Shown piece after piece: positions 27,583-36,801 of a DNA stretch of 64,000 nt. A program made the position numbers and the translations under genes. Position 1 is the stretch's first letter. Each line of letters begins with the position of its first letter. The notes beneath the pieces were generated by a model that had not been told where the DNA came from, searched no databases, and saw only the letters and a program-made list of their open reading frames with translations. The DNA comes from Sedimentisphaerales bacterium (GTDB taxonomy: Bacteria; Planctomycetota; Phycisphaerae; Sedimentisphaerales; Anaerobacaceae): assembly GCA_963708075.1 (NCBI GenBank), contig OY970194.1, positions 256,001 to 320,000 of the forward strand, in the 5' to 3' direction.

Positions 27583-29572
27583 TTATTTGTCCGCCTTCCG
27601 GCGAGATAGAGTACGCTTGCCTGCCTCCAAAGTGCGGAGAATCCGTGCCGTATCGAAGACGCAACCTGCCCAGGTGCCGCCGCTGATTTCCTGCAGGGCG
27701 GCCCACAGACGCGTATCGTCGGGCAGGTCCGGGTAAGGCATCAGATCAGGTCGGGACCGGCGTTTCGCCAACAGCTTGCTGCCGAGTTGCGGGCCCTGTT
27801 TGTCGGCCGGGGTATCCGCCTCACCAATCAGATCGATGCTTCCCTCCAGCCGATTGCGGTCGATGACGATCCGGAGGATATCGCCATGGAGGACTTTACC
27901 GATGGGCCCGCCGGCAAGGGCTTCGGGTCCGACGTGGCCGATGCAGGCGCCCGTGCTGACGCCGCTGAAGCGGCCGTCCGTGATCACCGCAACGTGCTTG
28001 CCCCAGGAGAGGGCTTTCAATGCGCCCGTGACCTGGAGCGTTTCCTCCATCCCGCTGCCCAGCGGCCCGGCACAGATCACGACCATGATATCGCCGGCGC
28101 GGACGTCGCCATTTCTGATCGCCTGGATGCCCGCCCGCTCGCCGATGAACACGCGAGCCGGGCCGGTCTTACGGTACACGCCGTCCGCATCCACCAGCGA
28201 TGGGTCGATGGCGGTGCTCTTGATGACCGAGCCCTGTGGTGCGAGATTGCCCTGGCAGATCGCGATCGTGCCCGTCAGACCGCGATCCCGTGCCCTTTGC
28301 GGTGGCATGATCACATCATCGGGATCGACGCCGTCCTTGCGGAACAGAATCTCGCGAAGGCGTTTGCGCCGGTCCGAGTGTTCCCACCAGTCGAGCGTTC
28401 GCCCGAGGCTCTCGCCGGAGATGGTCAGTGCATCGAGTTCCAACAGGTCCATTGCCCGCAGATAGAGCATCACTTCCGGCACGCCGCCGGCGAGATAGGC
28501 GCGGACGGTCGGATGTCCGACCGGACCGTTGGGCAGGACATCCACAAGCCGGGGCGTCTTTCGATTGACGGTGTTCCAATCGTCGATAGCAGGGCGGTCC
28601 AGGCCCGCCGCGTGCGCGATCGCAGGAATATGCAGCAGCAGATTCGTGGACCCGCCAAAAGCGGCGAATGTCACCATCGCGTTGCGCAGTGATGCGTTTG
28701 TCAGTATCTTTCCGGCTGTCAAGTTCTGTTGCGACATCCGCAGCAGGGCGCGGGCTGAACGCCGGGCAATGTCCAGCCAGATCGCCTGTCCGGAGGGGGC
28801 AAGCGCCGCGTGCGGCAACGTCAAGCCGAGGGCCTCCGCGACTACTTGGGCAGTCGCCGCTGTGCCGAGGAACTGGCACCCGCCGCCGGCGCCGGCGCAT
28901 GCGCGACACGCCATCTGCCGCGCGTATTCGAGCGTCACCTCGCCCCGGGCGAATCTCGCTCCGATGGATTGAACAGTTCCGAGGTCCTCGCCCTCGCTCG
29001 GCGGCAGCGTCACTCCACCCGGCACGATGGCGACCGGCAGGTCGTGCATCGAAGCCAGCGCCATCATCATCGCCGGCAGGGACTTGTCGCAGGTCGCGAC
29101 GCCGAGCACGCCTTTTCGTCCCGGCAGGCTTCGGATCAGCCGCCGGTAGATGCTCGCCGCGTCGTTGCGGTAGGCGAGGCTGTCCATCATTCCCGGCGTG
29201 CCCTGGGTCCGCCCGTCGCACGGGTCCGTGCAGCAGGCGGCAAACGGCATGCAGCCGAGGGCCGTGAATTCTTTCGCCGCAGCCTCCATCAGCAGCCCGA
29301 GCTCGTAATGCCCCGAGTGATACCCGAGGGCGACGGGCCTGCCGTCCGCCCCCCGAATCCCGCCCTGGTGGCTCAACAGCAGGAATGCATCGGCGTTCAC
29401 CCGCGAAGGTTCCCACCCCATGCCGACATCCTGGATCATGCCAAATAGATCGCCGCTCGGCGCACCGCCGAGAAAATCACTTGCCAGCGGCAGTTCGCCC
29501 GCCGGACCCGGCGCGAGTAGCCACGTCATATATGCTCTCGTCGCGACCCTCAAGGATATCGTCAAGCGACAT
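27583..29572 (-). CDS. YjhG/YagF-family D-xylonate dehydratase (IlvD/Edd family); frameshift near 29512
   Basis: [40 protein letters not shown] 29572 gives [21 protein letters not shown] in another frame. Confidence 0.88.
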
Positions 29573-29760
29573 CGATCCAGACATCAACGTTTCTCCTGCA
29601 GAAAACGCCATAGTCTATCACGTCCCACCGCGTCCATCCACCGCGAAAGAGCAAGGAATACCGAAGGTGAGCACGATGCAACATCCTGATTCGGTGAACG
29701 AATTCATGAGTACACGGGCTGCAAGATAGGGCAATGCCTATAGGATTGCCCGTGTGCCTC

Positions 29761-30162
29761 TTACATCGATGAACCAACGTGGATGCCTGTTGCTATGGCG
29801 ATGGCAATGAACACGGCAGGCGCCCACGTCAAGAACAGGACTAAGCCCCAGAACAACTTCTGGCGTGTCAGGGGATATCGTCCCGGCATGAAGATACACA
29901 CAAACAGCGAATACCAGCCAATCACCGATGTGCAGAGCGTGCATACCAGAACCAAGTCCATCTCTGCGCCCACGCCTGCGGCAATGAAAACCCCGAGCAT
30001 GAAGCCGGCAGCGGCCGGACCAATCAGCATCGCCTCCACGGGATCTATAGAGCCGGTTCTAGTGTGTGGCAATGCGACGAATATGGACACGCCTGTCATC
30101 ACGCACGCGATCAGCAGCCCGAGGCGTCCCCTCGCCTTCAACGTCATCGTGTTCTCATCCAT
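29761..30162 (-). CDS. Hypothetical membrane protein (4 TM)
   Basis: Hydrophobic ORF directly downstream of the PEP-CTERM gene; start 30162 or 30186. Confidence 0.6.
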   Translation of the reverse strand: MDENTMTLKARGRLGLLIACVMTGVSIFVALPHTRTGSIDPVEAMLIGPAAAGFMLGVFIAAGVGAEMDLVLVCTLCTSVIGWYSLFVCIFMPGRYPLTRQKLFWGLVLFLTWAPAVFIAIAIATGIHVGSSM

Positions 30163-30187
30163 GGTCGCCCTCGGTAAGTCGATCACC

Positions 30188-31036
30188 TCACGTACGATTG
30201 CCCTTGGCAGGCCTTCGGCGCAGGACCAGGATGCCGAGGGCGAGCAGGCCCAATGTGGCTGGCTCGGGGATGGGCGCGATGTCCTCCAGGCCGAGGGGAT
30301 TGCCGAGGCCTGTGGGGCCGATGCGCGTCTTTACGCCCGTGCGGATGTCGATCGTGTACAGGCTGGATGTCGCGTTGTCAATGCCGTAAAGCACCTCCGT
30401 CTCCACATCGAAGGCGAGTCCTGCGAAGCCGACGCTTAGCAGAGCGATCTGCGTGCCTCGTCCGGTTTCCTTGTCGATCTCAATCAGAGCGGACCAGTTG
30501 AATGCCGGGCCAGCCACGATGCCATAGAGCGTGTGGGTTTCCGGATGCTCGGCCAGCCCGTGAACGGCGTTTCGATGGTCGTCGTGGAAGAAGCCGATGT
30601 GGCCGATGAGCGTGGCGGCGCCGGTAGTGACATCAATCGAGTAGAGTCCATCCCCTTTGGACACGCCGAATGTCCCGAGAAGTCCCGCCGTACAAGGGTC
30701 GTACGCCAAGCCGTGCATGAGGCTGATGCCCAACTCGCCGATAAGGGTGGCTTGCCCTGTGGTGTAGTCGATGGAGCACAGTTTGTCGGTGCGCGTCGTG
30801 GTTGCGTACAGTATGTCGCCGGCGGGGTCGTAGGCCAGACCCGCCACGATGTCGTTCTCGTCCAGCCCGGTATGCCCGATGCGGGTTGCTGCCGCCGTCT
30901 CGGGATCGATGCTATACAACGTCCCCGTGTCCGCATCGACCGTGACCAGCATGGCGCCGGCCGGCCTGACGGATACGATCATCAGCAATGCAGTCCACGC
31001 CACCGGGAACAAATAGGCGTGCGCGGTTCTATCCAT
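30188..31036 (-). CDS. PEP-CTERM protein with beta-propeller repeats
   Basis: Repeats GLAYDP..LYSIDxxTGxATLIG; C-terminal IPEPATLGLLALGILVLRRR. Confidence 0.85.
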   Translation of the reverse strand: MDRTAHAYLFPVAWTALLMIVSVRPAGAMLVTVDADTGTLYSIDPETAAATRIGHTGLDENDIVAGLAYDPAGDILYATTTRTDKLCSIDYTTGQATLIGELGISLMHGLAYDPCTAGLLGTFGVSKGDGLYSIDVTTGAATLIGHIGFFHDDHRNAVHGLAEHPETHTLYGIVAGPAFNWSALIEIDKETGRGTQIALLSVGFAGLAFDVETEVLYGIDNATSSLYTIDIRTGVKTRIGPTGLGNPLGLEDIAPIPEPATLGLLALGILVLRRRPAKGNRT

Positions 31037-31475
31037 CCTTTTGTCCTCCGACTCCGCGTCCTCATAGTCAAAAGACAGCCCGACCTGCACACTTCACGCG
31101 CTCCGTGGCAGTTCCAGGATACGATGGCTATCTCCTTCAAATCTCCATCCCGATTGTAGCCGGGATTCCCGCCTGAGGCAAGGGAAAAACGACAGTGAAC
31201 AGCGAGGCAGAATGCACGAGCCGCCTGTGGTGCGCAGCTCGCTTCGGCGAGGGTACCTCCGACTCAATACCCGATGATCCTATGTATTCCGGACAGCTCT
31301 CGTTATAATATTGGAACGGATTCCGGGGCTATGCGTCGTGTTCTTTAGTGATGGAAAGCTACAGTAGCCCGGGACCCGTGGTTTTCCGGGACTTGGATGT
31401 CGCATCCCGGATTTCGTGCGGAGCCGAGTTGGGGATTGGCAGGGGCTTTGCGGGATACATTGAAGGGAGGAAACG

Positions 31476-32348
31476 ATGAGGAAAAGCACGATTCATTCCG
31501 ACATGTGCCGGTCCATCGTGGTTTGCTTCCTGGTAGTAACTGCGTGGTCCCTCTGTCCCGTGGCAGGGGGGGTGGAGGACGCGAATCTTGCCGCCGACCC
31601 CAATTCCGCCGAGTTTTGGTGGCAGTGGACTCAGGCCGAGCCCAACGATCCAGATCTGACCGGCTCGGTATATTGGACGGACAAGGATCGTGGTTTGATT
31701 CAGCGCCGGTTCCTGGCCGGCGGATCGGTGATGACGCTGTTGACTCGGGAGCAAGGCCTGCAGCAACCTTATGGTCTTGCGATAGATCGGCTCCGCAACC
31801 GGCTGTATTGGGCGGATATGGGGGTGATCTACAGCGCCCGCCTGGATGGCACGGACATCAAGGCCCTGGTTTCCGGATTGACCTTTCCCGCCGACCTTGC
31901 CCTGCATGCAGGTGCGGGCCATCTGTACTGGACGGATCAGACGGCGGGACTCATCCAGAGGCTGGACCTGGAGCGGGGAGAGGTCGAGACCCTTCTGACG
32001 GGTTTGTCTCAGCCCTATTACCTGGCCTTGGACATTCACGGCGGGATGCTCTACTGGACCGACACCGACCGGCCCGGTGTCTATTGTGGCTCAATGGATG
32101 ACAACGACGTGCGTGCGCTGGCAACGGAGGACCTGGATGGTCCCTGGGGCATCGGCCTGATCACCACGACTCCGGACCTCGATATGGATACGGATGTCGA
32201 TTCGTTTGACCTGAGGGTCTTCCTGCAACACTGGCTTAACGATCAGGTATCCTGGACCACCGGCTGGTGTGCAGGCCGCGATCTCAATGCCGACGGAATA
32301 ATCGATCTGCGCGACTTCTCGAAATTCGCACAATCCTGGGCCCGCTAG
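31476..32348 (+). CDS. Secreted YWTD (LDL-receptor class B) repeat protein with dockerin-like C-terminus
   Basis: YWTD, YWAD, YWTD, YWTD; DLDMDTDVDSFDL and DLNADGIIDLRDF; GGAGG RBS. Confidence 0.85.
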   Translation: MRKSTIHSDMCRSIVVCFLVVTAWSLCPVAGGVEDANLAADPNSAEFWWQWTQAEPNDPDLTGSVYWTDKDRGLIQRRFLAGGSVMTLLTREQGLQQPYGLAIDRLRNRLYWADMGVIYSARLDGTDIKALVSGLTFPADLALHAGAGHLYWTDQTAGLIQRLDLERGEVETLLTGLSQPYYLALDIHGGMLYWTDTDRPGVYCGSMDDNDVRALATEDLDGPWGIGLITTTPDLDMDTDVDSFDLRVFLQHWLNDQVSWTTGWCAGRDLNADGIIDLRDFSKFAQSWAR

Positions 32349-32612
32349 GTCCAGCGCATGTGTTCAGCCCAGAGTCCCCCACTCGCTGAGTGGTGGCGTC
32401 ATCCAGGTCCGTGTCCACAGAATTGATGACCCACCATGCTGCAATTCCTGTTTGACACACGCTGCCGGCGAAAGATAGTCTCGAAATACATCTTCTTGGG
32501 ATGTCGGGTAGACGGGCGGTTCTCGCCGGAGAGATCGGGATTTCAGCCAGAGCACAGATGTGCCTGGTGTTGCATTGATCTGCGGGTGTTTGATTTCACA
32601 AGGAGGTAGACG

Positions 32613-33425
32613 ATGAAGGCCATAAAAAGGAGTGCCACAGGGATTGTCGTTTCGTTGCTCATCACCTCGGCCGCCTTCGCGGTCCAGGTCGATCTGAACC
32701 TCTGGACGGCGGAATCCTATCCGGCGGTCACGGGCTTCCCGGCCGGCGCATGGACGGTCAATTCTTCCGGCCAGTCGGTGACCCAGGTCGCTAACGGTCA
32801 GCCCACGCTCTTCTACAGCAACTTCAACGTCCGGGGCTCCGATGTGCGGGGCAGCGTGAGCGTGGCCAATGGTGACGACGACTACATCGGTTTTGCCTTC
32901 GGTTTCCAGCCCGGCGATACAAGCAATGCAGCCGCCGATTATCTGCTGGTGGATTGGAAAGGGGCGACACAATTCTTCGATTTCGACGGCCTGTCCACCA
33001 CGCCGGGCACCACCGCCGTCGAGGGGCTCGCGGTTTCGCGGGTCACGGGCATTCCGACCGCCGATGAGTTCTGGGGCCACACGGATTTCGCTGATGATCC
33101 GTCCGGTGGTGTTACCGAACTTGCTCGTGGCGCCACCCTCGGCAGCACAGGGTGGGTAGCGGGCGTGGAGTACGACTTCCAGTTCCTCGTCGAGGAAGAC
33201 AGGCTCCAGGTTTTCGTGGACGATACACTCGAACTGGATATCAGCGGGGACTTCCCCGACGGCCGGCTGGCTTTCTACAATTTCTCCCAGGGAGGAGTGA
33301 CGTACAGAGCCTTCACCCGGGACACCATCCCGCCGGGACCGTGTCCCGTTATCCCGGTACCCGCCTCGCTGCCGCTCGTGATACTTGGCGTGGCCGGGGT
33401 AGTGATCCGCCGCCTGCGTGGCTGA
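32613..33425 (+). CDS. PEP-CTERM/VPLPA-type surface protein with thrombospondin C-terminal-like lectin domain
   Basis: AAGGAGG RBS; DDDYIGFAFGFQ, GRLAFYNFSQ; tail IPVPASLPLVILGVAGVVIRR. Confidence 0.8.
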   Translation: MKAIKRSATGIVVSLLITSAAFAVQVDLNLWTAESYPAVTGFPAGAWTVNSSGQSVTQVANGQPTLFYSNFNVRGSDVRGSVSVANGDDDYIGFAFGFQPGDTSNAAADYLLVDWKGATQFFDFDGLSTTPGTTAVEGLAVSRVTGIPTADEFWGHTDFADDPSGGVTELARGATLGSTGWVAGVEYDFQFLVEEDRLQVFVDDTLELDISGDFPDGRLAFYNFSQGGVTYRAFTRDTIPPGPCPVIPVPASLPLVILGVAGVVIRRLRG

Positions 33426-33684
33426 CCCTTCCCTCGTGACGGACAGCCGCGTCCGCATGGCGAATCTGGTGAGCCGCTCGGAAAGACGCATGGTGCGGAG
33501 GAAGTGCTGTTGTTGGCACTCGCCTCCGCCGTTGCGCTTGGTGTCGTAGCTGCCATCTGACCGAGAAACTCACGCCTCCATGTTTACGTCACCGGTCTTC
33601 CCTCCGGAACATCCTCGGTATGACCTGCAGAGATCCACTTTGGGTGAGGCTCCTGAGATAGCCGATGTTACATAGACGGGCGGG

Positions 33685-33839
33685 CAGGGCTATCGCATCT
33701 AAATTCGAGCTGGCCCTCTTGGCCCCGAAAACGCTGATCGGATGGTGGCCAACCTGACATTGCGGTCGTCAATCACCTGAACCAACCTGCGTTTCTGAAC
33801 AAGGAATCGCGGCTGGCCAATTTAGATGCGATAGCCTTG
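33685..33839. mobile_element. 155-bp MITE, probably ISAs1-family derived
   Basis: 21-bp TIRs CAGGGCTATCGCATCTAAATT / AATTTAGATGCGATAGCCTTG (20/21); 10-bp direct repeat GACGGGCGGG at 33675-33684 and 33840-33849. Confidence 0.9.
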
Positions 33840-34019
33840 GACGGGCGGGGAAAACCCTATTCTGCGCCGAGAGGGCGGGGTATAATGGCTGGGTGGAAAG
33901 GTTTGTGGCGTCCAGTCGTGGATGTCGCGGAGAAATCGTTGGCCGGTAGTAACGATTGTGAGCATCGGGCGTCATAGTAGATGTGGGATTCACAAAAGGC
34001 CGGAAACTTACCCTGAAGG

Positions 34020-35729
34020 GTGAAGCAGGATCGCGGTGTCTCGATAGGAGAGCGCATCATGTCTCTCACAAAGTCATTTCGGCAGAAGGTCAGGGCTGTT
34101 CGGATTCGCTGCAGCATCAATCTGTTCCTGCGCCACGCGGGACGGGTCTTGGCGGTCGGCGGCGGTGTGGCCGCCTTAGCTATATTGACTCAGCAGCTCT
34201 TTGCTGTCTTTGTCCTGGCGGCATGGGCTATCTGGGCGTTTTGGGCCGCAATGGCAGGAGTCGTACTCCTTCTCTGGTTCTTAGGCTTGCCGAGCCGGAT
34301 GCAGGCCTCTTTGCTGCTTGATGAGCGACTGAAACTGCACGAGCGATTCAGCACCACGCTGGCGCTGGTCAATTGCGACGAACCATTCGCCAAGGCAGCC
34401 TGCGCTGAGTCGATGCAAGCGATTCAGCGGGCTGACTTGCACGGGCACTTCCCCATCGGCTTGACCCGTAGTTGGGGCTATAGTGCGGGAATCTGGGTGG
34501 TTGCTATTGCGCTACTCTACATGCCGCAGCAGGACCTTCTCGGTTTTATGAGGGAAAAGGACAAGCAACAGGAGCAGGCCAAACAACTCGAAGAGACCCA
34601 GAAGGATGTCAGCGACGCGTTGGAGCCGGTGAAGATCGTCATGCAGAAGCTGGATGATCCCTCGTTAGCGGAGGACTTGAAGAAGCTTGAGGAACTTGCG
34701 AAGGCGGGCGACCCGCAGGAACTCAAGCGGGAGGCCATCAAGGCGCTGGGCGATCTCTCGGAGAAGATCAAGCAGATGCAGGGCGAAGCCGAGATGCAGG
34801 TTGGGGATATCCTGCAGCGGATGCTCAAGCAGTTGCACGGCTCGTCGGAGCCATTCTCGCAGCAGATTCGAATGGCCCTGGCCAAAGGCGACTTCTCCCA
34901 GGCGGCCAACCTCATGAGACAGTTGCAGAAGCAGTTGACCGAAGGAGCTCTCTCCGATCAGCAGCGAAAGCAAATGTCGGAGCAGTTGCAGCAACTGGCC
35001 AAGGAATTGCAGAAGCTCTCGACCCAGCAGCGGGAGCTGGAGGAGGAGATGGAGAAACTCGGCCTTGACAAGAAACTGGCGCAGATGAACGAGCAGCAGT
35101 TGCGCCAGACGCTTCAGAAGCAGGGGCTCAAATCCGAGCAGATCGAGCAACTCCTGCAGAAGATGGCCGCCAACCAGGCCGCCGCCGGCAGATGCTCGGG
35201 ATTGGCTCAGGCGATGGCTGCCTGCGGGGAAGGGGCGGGGGGGCTTTCCGGCGATGAGCTGTCCGGGGCCATCGAGCAACTGGATGCGCTCGAGTCCCTG
35301 GAGCAGCAGATGCAGCAGTTGCAGGCGGGGCTCAACGAGCTGTCCAACTGTATGGCCTGTCTTGGCGAGGGCATGTGTGAGGGCATTGGGGGGCAGTCGC
35401 CGTGGGCGGAAGGCCACCGCAACCAATATGGATCAGGCTCGGGCGGGCCGGGACAGGGATACGGCCCGAGAGACTCTGATGACGAGGGCCAGTTCGGCAC
35501 GAAGACCGCCCGCGTGACCGGCAAGTCCGACCAGGGGCCTGTCATTGCAGGCTGGTACTTCAAGGATACGCAGGTGACGGGGGAGGCTCACCGTGACTTT
35601 ACCGAGGTGGTTGAGGCCGGCCGGGCCCGCGCCGCCGACGCCATCAGCGAGAACCAGATTCCGCGCAAGTACGAGGATGCGGTAAAGAAGTACTTTGGCC
35701 AGCTTGAGCAGCAGGCCCCGAAACCATAG
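34020..35729 (+). CDS. Membrane-anchored coiled-coil protein typical of MoxR-VWA clusters
   Basis: 3 TM, LDERLKLHERFSTTL, long Q/E/L heptads, Gly-rich linker, C-terminal IPRKYEDAVKKYF. Confidence 0.8.
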   Translation: MKQDRGVSIGERIMSLTKSFRQKVRAVRIRCSINLFLRHAGRVLAVGGGVAALAILTQQLFAVFVLAAWAIWAFWAAMAGVVLLLWFLGLPSRMQASLLLDERLKLHERFSTTLALVNCDEPFAKAACAESMQAIQRADLHGHFPIGLTRSWGYSAGIWVVAIALLYMPQQDLLGFMREKDKQQEQAKQLEETQKDVSDALEPVKIVMQKLDDPSLAEDLKKLEELAKAGDPQELKREAIKALGDLSEKIKQMQGEAEMQVGDILQRMLKQLHGSSEPFSQQIRMALAKGDFSQAANLMRQLQKQLTEGALSDQQRKQMSEQLQQLAKELQKLSTQQRELEEEMEKLGLDKKLAQMNEQQLRQTLQKQGLKSEQIEQLLQKMAANQAAAGRCSGLAQAMAACGEGAGGLSGDELSGAIEQLDALESLEQQMQQLQAGLNELSNCMACLGEGMCEGIGGQSPWAEGHRNQYGSGSGGPGQGYGPRDSDDEGQFGTKTARVTGKSDQGPVIAGWYFKDTQVTGEAHRDFTEVVEAGRARAADAISENQIPRKYEDAVKKYFGQLEQQAPKP

Positions 35730-35757
35730 GCACTCAAGAGGATTTCAAATCGAGAAT

Positions 35758-36801
35758 ATGAGACGGAAATTGCGGATTGGCCGTCCTGCGGCCGTGACGA
35801 TCCTGGCCTTCCTTTCCATAATCTGCGTCTTGCTGTTCTCGGGCTTGTCCTGTAAGGATCGGTCGCAGCGGCAGGAGGTCGTTCTCTATTGCTCAGTGGA
35901 CCAGGCAGTTGCTGAGCCCATCATCGCTGGATTCGAGCAGCAGAGCGGGATCAAGGTCCTCGCCCGGTATGATACAGAGGCCAGCAAGACGGTCGGCCTC
36001 GTGCAGCGGATCCGAGCGGAGGCGAGTTCGCCGACAGCGGACGTCTTCTGGTCCGGCGAGGTCTTTCATACAGTTCGATTGGCTCGCGAAGGGCTGCTGA
36101 CGCCTTACCGGGCCGAGTTCACGGAGGCGTGGCCGGCTGGTCTCGCTGATCCGAACGGGCTCTGGCACGGCTTCGCTCTGCGGGCCCGCGTCATCGGCTA
36201 CAACACGAACAGGGTATCGGCGCAGGAGGCCCCGAAGTCGCTGGAGGATGTCCTGGACGCAAAGTGGAAAGGGCGTCTCGTGATGGCGTCGCCGGCCTTC
36301 GGGACGACGGGCGGGGATGTCGCGAGCTGGTTCGCGCACTATGGGCCGCAGCGGGCGAAGGAGATCCTGCAGCGGCTGAAGGACAACGGGGTACGGGTCG
36401 CCTCCGGCAACAGCACGGCCGTGCGCATGGTGGCTACCGGCCAGGCGGATATCTGCTTCACGGATACCGATGACGTGTACGCCGGGCAGCGGAACGGCTG
36501 GCCTGTCGCCTTGAACTTCCTCGATCAGAATGGCCAGGGGGCCCTGGCGATCCCCAACACAGCGGCGATGATCAAAGACGGGCCGCACCCCGAGGCCGCA
36601 GCGAAACTGATGCAGTTCCTGCTCAGTGAGGAGCTTGAGCGACTGCTGGTTGAAAGCGATTCGCACAACAGTCCGGTTCATACGTCCCTGGCGCAAAAGT
36701 ATCCAACATATGTGATCCCACGTCCGCTGAACCTGGACTATGGGCGCATCGCGAACTTTCTGCCCACGGCGATTGAATCGGCAGGGGAGATTCTCCGGTG
36801 A
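35758..36801 (+). CDS. ABC importer substrate-binding protein, Fe3+/FbpA-AfuA-like
   Basis: VVLYCSVDQ, DTEASKTVGL, ADVFWSGE, RARVIGYN, TDTDD, IPNTAAMIK; lipobox LSC. Confidence 0.85.
   Translation: MRRKLRIGRPAAVTILAFLSIICVLLFSGLSCKDRSQRQEVVLYCSVDQAVAEPIIAGFEQQSGIKVLARYDTEASKTVGLVQRIRAEASSPTADVFWSGEVFHTVRLAREGLLTPYRAEFTEAWPAGLADPNGLWHGFALRARVIGYNTNRVSAQEAPKSLEDVLDAKWKGRLVMASPAFGTTGGDVASWFAHYGPQRAKEILQRLKDNGVRVASGNSTAVRMVATGQADICFTDTDDVYAGQRNGWPVALNFLDQNGQGALAIPNTAAMIKDGPHPEAAAKLMQFLLSEELERLLVESDSHNSPVHTSLAQKYPTYVIPRPLNLDYGRIANFLPTAIESAGEILR

Noticed and set aside
33426..33560. Short hydrophobic reading frame ending LLLALASAVALGVVAAI
   Set aside because: No convincing start with RBS; at most a gene remnant
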